This document shows, one piece after another, positions 58,335 to 64,000 of a stretch of 64,000 bases of DNA. The notes below the pieces were generated by a model. The model made no database searches, had not been told where the DNA came from, and saw nothing but the letters and a program-made list of their open reading frames with translations. This stretch comes from an uncultured delta proteobacterium (GTDB lineage: Bacteria > Myxococcota > Kuafuiibacteriia > Kuafuiibacteriales > Kuafuiibacteriaceae). Every line of letters starts with the position of its first letter. Positions within the stretch are counted from its first letter, which is position 1. The translations under genes and the position numbers were made by a program. The DNA lies in contig CAWDML010000008.1 in the NCBI GenBank assembly GCA_963803435.1, positions 576,001-640,000 on the forward strand, read 5' to 3'.

Positions 58335-59282
58335 ATGGCCCGCGTGACGGAGCGCCGTCTACAGAAAGGGCTGAGCATGCACTCGTTCGCAGATCGACCC
58401 GCCGCGGTCGTCGATACCGAGCCCCCGTGGGACATCACGGATCCGCAACGGGCGGAGATCCGGTTGGGCCGCCTGAAGCAGGAGCTGATCGACGACCCCG
58501 CCCAGCGCGCTCGCGCGATCGAGGCCGCGACTCAGCTCGCGCGTGCCCAGGCCCTCCAGGGCAAGCTGGCGGAGGCCGATCGCACCCTCGACGAAGCCGA
58601 GCGTCTGCTCCCCGCGGTCACCGAGCTCCGCCCGCGGCTGCGTACGCTGCTCGAGCGCGGGCGACTGCTCGTGCTCCGGAAGACGCCCATGGAGGCACGC
58701 AATCGCTTTCTCGAGGTCTGGACGCTGGCGACCGAGGCAGACGACGACTTCAACGCGATCGACGCCGCCCAGATGATGTCGGTGGTCGAGACCAAGAAGA
58801 AGAAGAGCGAGTGGACCATTCGCGCGCTGGCGATGGCCGAGGCTTCGAAGGACCCGCGCGTGCGATCCTGGTGCGGACACCTCCACGCCGATCTCGGCTG
58901 GCACTTCGCCGAGCTGCTCCAGCTCGACCGCGCGCTGGAGAGCTTCCAGAGAGCGGCGTCCTGCTTCGCGCTCGAGGGCTCACCTCGGAATGCGAGCATG
59001 GCGCGCTGCTGGGCGGCGCGAACCCTCCGCATGATGGACCGCGTCGAAGAGGCGCTCACCATGCAGCAGGAGGTCCAGCTCGAGCTCAAGCAGCTCGGAG
59101 TGTCCGACGGCGTCGTGCTCGAGGAGATTGGCGAGTGCCTTCGCAGCCTGAAGCGGAACGAGGAGTCTCAGAGCTACTTCAAACGCGCCTATGATCTTCT
59201 CTCCACGGAGGAGTGGCTCACGAACAACGAGCCGGCGCGTATCAAGCGTTTGAAGACGCTGGGCAACGTCAAGCAGGCCTGA
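58335..59282 (+). CDS. Tetratricopeptide repeat protein
   Basis: TQLARAQALQG, LERGR, IDAAQM, LGW and EEIGECL helical repeats. Confidence 0.85.
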   Translation: MARVTERRLQKGLSMHSFADRPAAVVDTEPPWDITDPQRAEIRLGRLKQELIDDPAQRARAIEAATQLARAQALQGKLAEADRTLDEAERLLPAVTELRPRLRTLLERGRLLVLRKTPMEARNRFLEVWTLATEADDDFNAIDAAQMMSVVETKKKKSEWTIRALAMAEASKDPRVRSWCGHLHADLGWHFAELLQLDRALESFQRAASCFALEGSPRNASMARCWAARTLRMMDRVEEALTMQQEVQLELKQLGVSDGVVLEEIGECLRSLKRNEESQSYFKRAYDLLSTEEWLTNNEPARIKRLKTLGNVKQA

Positions 59283-60418
59283 CGCTGGAGCCCATTCGAG
59301 TCAAGTATCCGCCCCGCTCGGCGTTCTTCGACGAGCTGCAGCGACGAGTCAATCTCGACTTCGAACGCACCGGTCTCTCCTCGAAGGGCGACCTCCGGAT
59401 GTTCGCGAAGACCGGCCTCATCCTGGCCTGGTTTGCAGCCTCTTACCTGCTGATGGTCTTCGTCGCTACGGAGCTCTGGCAGGGGTTGCTGCTCTCGGTC
59501 TCGCTCGGGCTCGCCATGGCCGGGATCGGCTTCTCGATCCAGCACGACGCCAATCACGGCGGCTTTTCCGAGTCCAACCGCACCAACCGGCTCTTCGCGC
59601 TCACGCTCGATCTCCTTGGCGGGAGCTCGCACTACTGGACGCTCAAGCACAACGTCGTCCATCACACGTATCCCAACCTCGCGGGGCTCGACGACGACAT
59701 CGATCTCGGGCCGCTCGCCCGACTCGCGCCCCTCCAGCGACGGCGCGGATGGCATCGTCACCAGGCGCTCTACATCTGGGCGTTGTACGCGATGCTCGCG
59801 TTCAAGTGGCATTTCTTCGACGACTTCCGCGCGCTCGTGACCGGGCGGATCGGCGTGCACCGAGTGCCCAGACTCCGCACCGGGAGTCTCGTCACGATCA
59901 TCGCCGGCAAGATCGTCTTCTTCTCCTGGGCGCTCGCGCTCCCGCTCATGCTCCACCCGGTCGGGACGGTCGTGTTGTTCTTCGCGATCACTTCGATGAC
60001 GCTGGGCTTCACGCTCGCAGTGGTGTTCCAGCTCGCGCACTGCGTGGAGGAGGCCGGCTTTCCCTCCGCGTGGCGGGCCTCGGGCAAGCTCGAGGTGGAC
60101 TGGGCCACGCACCAGATGGATTCGACGGTCGACTTCGCCCGGAACAGTCGATGGCTGACCTGGTATGTGGGCGGCCTCAACCTCCAGATCGAGCATCACC
60201 TGTTCCCGCGGGTGTGCCACGTTCACTACCCGCGGATCGCCCGGATCGTGGAGAAGACCTGCGGCGAGTTCGGGATCCGCTACCGCACGAACGCGACGCT
60301 CTCCGGCGCCCTCCGCTCGCACTGGCGATGGCTCGATCGAATGGGCGACGTGCTGCCGCTGCCGGTTACGGCCTCGACAGGAGCGGCTCCAGCTGATCGT
60401 GCACCGGAACGAACGTGA
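59213..60418 (+). CDS. Membrane acyl-CoA fatty acid desaturase
   Basis: His boxes QHDANH, HNVVHH and QIEHHLFP. The true start is probably near 59279. Confidence 0.92.
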   Translation: MAHEQRAGAYQAFEDAGQRQAGLTLEPIRVKYPPRSAFFDELQRRVNLDFERTGLSSKGDLRMFAKTGLILAWFAASYLLMVFVATELWQGLLLSVSLGLAMAGIGFSIQHDANHGGFSESNRTNRLFALTLDLLGGSSHYWTLKHNVVHHTYPNLAGLDDDIDLGPLARLAPLQRRRGWHRHQALYIWALYAMLAFKWHFFDDFRALVTGRIGVHRVPRLRTGSLVTIIAGKIVFFSWALALPLMLHPVGTVVLFFAITSMTLGFTLAVVFQLAHCVEEAGFPSAWRASGKLEVDWATHQMDSTVDFARNSRWLTWYVGGLNLQIEHHLFPRVCHVHYPRIARIVEKTCGEFGIRYRTNATLSGALRSHWRWLDRMGDVLPLPVTASTGAAPADRAPERT

Positions 60419-61058
60419 GGACGTCGTCACAATCGATCCCGTCGGAGGGCCCGCTCACGTACCCGCCCGCACCGATCCCCACCAGGCGATCGCGCGCGTA
60501 CAGCGGGGTGCCATTCTCGCCGTGACAAGGGACGGTCCCCTCGGGGAAGCGAACGCTGATCAGATCGGGTGGTCCGCCCTCCACCCACGTTCCCTCGACG
60601 GTGGTCTGCTCGAACGAGTCTCCGCGGCTCGCGTACTCCGAGGTCATCATCGAGAGCGGCCCGCTCGGATCGTCTCCGGTCTTCGCGGGCGCGTGGTCTT
60701 CGATCGGTGACGCCAGCGTGAGCACTGCCAGGTTCATCGTCGGATCGAACGTGTCAGCGTAGCGTGGATGGATGCGGGCGGAGCGAATCTCGGTCGCGCG
60801 CCCGGAGCGGCGGGTGTCGAACGTGAATCGCAGGTTCTCGAACGCTCGATCCTTCACGCAGTGGGCCGCGGTCAGCACGAGGTCCGGCTCGATGAGGACG
60901 GCGCCGCACCACGGATCCACGAGCGAGGTCTCGTACAGGAGCACGCCCGAGGATCCCTGAACGATCGGGCTCGCGATCGTAGCGTGCTCGCCCTCCGGGG
61001 CGGGTTGGCCACAGCCGGCCAGCAGAGAAACCCACAACAACGGCTGGATCGCCCTCAC
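60366..61058 (-). CDS. Trypsin-like lipoprotein lacking catalytic Asp/Ser (pseudoprotease)
   Basis: LAGC lipobox, IVQG and LTAAHC are present, but NLAV replaces DxA and GENGTP replaces GDSGGP. Confidence 0.75.
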   Translation of the reverse strand: MRAIQPLLWVSLLAGCGQPAPEGEHATIASPIVQGSSGVLLYETSLVDPWCGAVLIEPDLVLTAAHCVKDRAFENLRFTFDTRRSGRATEIRSARIHPRYADTFDPTMNLAVLTLASPIEDHAPAKTGDDPSGPLSMMTSEYASRGDSFEQTTVEGTWVEGGPPDLISVRFPEGTVPCHGENGTPLYARDRLVGIGAGGYVSGPSDGIDCDDVLTFVPVHDQLEPLLSRP

Positions 61059-61109
61059 GCCTCCGATGCAGGTGCAACAACCGAGCCCGCGTCGAGCGGC
61101 AGTGTTGAC

Positions 61110-61643
61110 TCAGAGGGGCTCGACGCGGCTCTCGGCGAGGGCCTGGTCGAGCGCCGTTGCGAGCGCGCGGCGGCGCGGGCTGGCGTAGATGCTGCCGATC
61201 TTCTCTCCGGTCCCGTGGCCCACGAACGTTCGGTCGCCAACCTCGACGGTGACCTCGGCCGAGACGCGCTGCCGTCCGATGGCGACGCCGAGCGTCGCGG
61301 GGAGCCACGCGACGACCGCGATGCCGTCCTCGCGCATGGCGTCGTAGATGTCGTATTTCCACTCGAGATCGACCCGCACGCTGACCTTGGCCCGCTGCGC
61401 TGCGCCTCCCGAGCGGGCCCCGAGGGCGCGCTCCAGGATCTCGGCGGTCTGGCCCCGGACCTCGCTCGCCAGGGCGGCGTCCGCAGGTCGATCGCCGTCC
61501 ATGACGATCACGTCTTCGAGCTCCAGGTGCGCAGGAGCGATCGGGAGCGATTCGGGGATGTGGACGGCCGGCGTCGCATACGCGCAGGCGGCGAGGTTCA
61601 AGAGGAGCAGAGCGCGGGCGGGCACCGCGATGGAGGAATTCAT
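61110..61643 (-). CDS. Hypothetical lipoprotein
   Basis: LLLLNLAAC lipobox. Confidence 0.65.
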   Translation of the reverse strand: MNSSIAVPARALLLLNLAACAYATPAVHIPESLPIAPAHLELEDVIVMDGDRPADAALASEVRGQTAEILERALGARSGGAAQRAKVSVRVDLEWKYDIYDAMREDGIAVVAWLPATLGVAIGRQRVSAEVTVEVGDRTFVGHGTGEKIGSIYASPRRRALATALDQALAESRVEPL

Positions 61644-61650
61644 TGGCAAG

Positions 61651-62052
61651 TCACTCGTCAGGGGTCGGCGAGAGGCCGCCGGCGTCGTGGGTCAACGAGA
61701 CCTTGCCGTCGCCGGTCCCGGTAGGCATGGAGAGCGTGCCTCCAGCGACCTCGCGACGCCCTTCGAGGCCAATCCTCTCCTCGTACTCGTTGAGCAATCT
61801 CTTGGTCGCCTCGTCGACGATCGCGTTGTCGCCCTCACGCTCGAGGAGACGACCCGCGCGCAGATAGCGGATCCCGACAGCGAAGCCGGAGCTCCACATG
61901 AAGACGAGCCAGATTCGACTCTTCACCAGGAACATCGCCGCGAAGAGGAGAGCGATGTAGAGCGTCAGGACCACGTAGCCGGTGAGCTTCGCGCGCCGAC
62001 TCCACTTCTGGCGGACGCGCCTTTCGACCGAAGCGGGAATCTGCAGGGCCAC
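61651..62052 (-). CDS. Hypothetical two-TM protein
   Basis: Two hydrophobic segments and a GGTLSM...GKVSL...GGLS tail like that of 50273-51301. Confidence 0.6.
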   Translation of the reverse strand: MALQIPASVERRVRQKWSRRAKLTGYVVLTLYIALLFAAMFLVKSRIWLVFMWSSGFAVGIRYLRAGRLLEREGDNAIVDEATKRLLNEYEERIGLEGRREVAGGTLSMPTGTGDGKVSLTHDAGGLSPTPDE

Positions 62053-62082
62053 AGCTTAGTGCTAACCGCCTGGCCGGCGGAG

Positions 62083-63396
62083 TCAACGTGGTCCGTCCTC
62101 GTACCCGGGCGGGCGCTCTTTCGGGCGCCAGCGAAGAAAATAGACCAGCGCGAGGGTGAGCGTCACGAGGCTCCCGATGCCGAGCGTGTAGCAGAACTTC
62201 ACGAAGAACTCGAGGCGCGTCTCGCCGGCGAAAAAGACGTCCCGGTAGAGCTGGGTTGCCACCGAACCCGTGTAGCCGACGGCGTCGGCCAGGTAGATCG
62301 TGAACACCGCGGTGCTGGTCACGCGAGTGTATGCGATCAAACGCTCGAACAGCACCGCGTTGAAGGGCACGTAGGCGAGGTAGGAGCCGAGGCCCGTCGC
62401 GATCATCCAGGTCAGGCCGCCGATCAGGTGCATCTCCAGCGCCAGGGTCCCGAGCGCGACGAGGCCCATCCCGGCCAGCATGAGGACGAACGCGGCGATC
62501 AGGCCCAGCTTGTTGTGCTTGATCAGCGTGAGCGCGGCCACCGCGATCATCACGCCGAACGCGACCGGGGTTTCGGTGCGCGTGAAGAGCGCGGAGGTGT
62601 CGCTCTCGCCGAGCGCCCGGAAGATCTCGATCCCGTAGTTGTCGCGGAAGTCGCGGAAGGCGGTGAGGAACAGGTACGTCCCGATCAGGAGCACCAGGCC
62701 GGGGAAAAACGTGCGGAGGAAGTGCCAGCGATCCGCGGACTGCATCTCGTGGCGGGGCGTGCGCAGCGCGATGTCGTCGGCGGACGGCGGAGGGACCTGG
62801 TCGAGGAGGTACGCCGACACCAGAAACGGAACCAGGAACACGAGACCGGTGATCGCGGGCATCCACATCTCGGGGACCCCCCCGTCGGTGAGCAGCCAGC
62901 GGCCGACGTCCTTCACCATCCCGCTTGCCACGATGAACGAGCAGCTGAGACCCGCCAGCAGGAAGTCAGAGGTCCGCCGTCCCTCCAGGTAAGAGACGCA
63001 GAGGCCCCACACCATCCCGAGCGGGACGCCGTTCAGAAGGAGCGCGAGCACCGCCCACGACGGGGGCAGGGCCCCGAACAGGAGCAGCGCCGCCTCCGCC
63101 GCCAGGATTAGACCGACCAGCCAGGTGAGGCGCTTGGCCGGTGGCATCTCGCTGTTGATCCGGATCCCGAGAAACTTCGACAGCGTGTAGCCGATCAGCT
63201 GGCTGATCACGAAGGCTGTCTTCAGCGTGACCTCGGTTCCCGCGAAAGCGCCGACGTAGGTCCCGGCCGCGAACGGCTTTCGGAACGCGTACATGCAGAA
63301 GTAGGTACCGAATGCGGTCGTGGTCGCATAGATGGCGAGCAAGGTCGGCCGAGCCTCGAGCGCGGCCGTCAGGCGCGATTTGGTGGCGCGGGTCAT
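62083..63396 (-). CDS. DUF5690 family (MFS-like) membrane protein
   Basis: YFCMYAFRKPF, SQLIGYTLSKF, YLEGRR, RDFRDNY, FERLIA and YLADAVGY. Confidence 0.88.
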   Translation of the reverse strand: MTRATKSRLTAALEARPTLLAIYATTTAFGTYFCMYAFRKPFAAGTYVGAFAGTEVTLKTAFVISQLIGYTLSKFLGIRINSEMPPAKRLTWLVGLILAAEAALLLFGALPPSWAVLALLLNGVPLGMVWGLCVSYLEGRRTSDFLLAGLSCSFIVASGMVKDVGRWLLTDGGVPEMWMPAITGLVFLVPFLVSAYLLDQVPPPSADDIALRTPRHEMQSADRWHFLRTFFPGLVLLIGTYLFLTAFRDFRDNYGIEIFRALGESDTSALFTRTETPVAFGVMIAVAALTLIKHNKLGLIAAFVLMLAGMGLVALGTLALEMHLIGGLTWMIATGLGSYLAYVPFNAVLFERLIAYTRVTSTAVFTIYLADAVGYTGSVATQLYRDVFFAGETRLEFFVKFCYTLGIGSLVTLTLALVYFLRWRPKERPPGYEDGPR

Positions 63397-63505
63397 TTCT
63401 CCGCGCCGAGGCGAGCAGGCCCGCGGGACGCAGTCAATCATCGCGTCCTAATCCGCGAGCACGCGCTGGGAGTGTGTGGATCGACCAAACGGTTAGGATC
63501 TTCGG

Positions 63506-64000
63506 ATGGAGATCATGATCACCGGCGGCACAGGCTTCGTCGGTCGAGCGCTGGCGGCCCGCCTACTTCTCGCGGGTCATCGGGTCCGCGTGTTGACCCG
63601 CTCGGTGACGCGCGGGCGGACGGTGTTGGGAGACGAGGTCGAGCTGACGGACCAAGTGTCGGTCGAGGGGTGCGACGCGGTGATCAACCTCGCCGGAGAA
63701 GGGATCGCCGACGGGCGCTGGACCAGCTCGAGGAAGCGCGCGCTGGTGGACAGCAGGGTCGGGCTGACCCGTCGGATCGTGAGCGCGATCGGCGCGGCAA
63801 AGCTGCGGCCGCGCGTGCTGATCTCGGCCAGCGCGGTGGGCTTCTACGGCGATGGCGGTGAGGCTGAGCTCAGCGAGGAGAGCCCGCGCGGCCACGGCTT
63901 TCTCGCCGAGCTCTGCGAGGCGTGGGAGCGGGAGGCCTTGCGCGCAGGCGATCAAGGAGCGCGCGTCGTGGTGGTTCGTCTCGGCGTCGTGCTCGGGCGC
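63506..64000 (+). CDS. TIGR01777 family NAD-dependent epimerase/oxidoreductase (partial, runs off window)
   Basis: Not in the ORF track. Reads MEIMITGGTGFVG...VINLAGEGIADGRW...SASAVGFYG...FLAELCEAWE...RLGVVLG. Confidence 0.92.
   Translation, partial: MEIMITGGTGFVGRALAARLLLAGHRVRVLTRSVTRGRTVLGDEVELTDQVSVEGCDAVINLAGEGIADGRWTSSRKRALVDSRVGLTRRIVSAIGAAKLRPRVLISASAVGFYGDGGEAELSEESPRGHGFLAELCEAWEREALRAGDQGARVVVVRLGVVLGR

Overview
Very GC-rich, gene-dense bacterial DNA that looks like Myxococcota. Evidence for this: a MYXO-CTERM-like sorting tail, Ser/Thr kinases, ECF-FecR modules, a receiver-DUF4388 protein and an Ig/vWA lipoprotein. I support about 55 CDSs and see no rRNA, tRNA or CRISPR array. 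Main points: (1) a ~985-bp CTAG-bounded cassette (14519-15503) with ~70-bp terminal inverted repeats, holding an internally deleted IS1182-type transposase and an intact four-helix-bundle (23S IVS-protein-like) gene; (2) a coupled CotH kinase / VTC polyphosphate polymerase / DUF4956 operon; (3) an HDO diiron enzyme fused to a cupin (SznF-like domain order); (4) a caleosin/peroxygenase-like gene with a DcrB-type partner under probable TetR control; (5) many exported c-type cytochromes (13 CxxCH motifs in 5 genes), some next to beta-barrel genes; (6) an ECF sigma / Ser-Thr kinase pair that suggests phospho-activation; (7) a ~145-nt nested hairpin between convergent genes. Several genes carry single-base frameshifts or a premature stop, which are probably long-read consensus errors. 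All family calls come from motif recognition by eye; no database searches were run.
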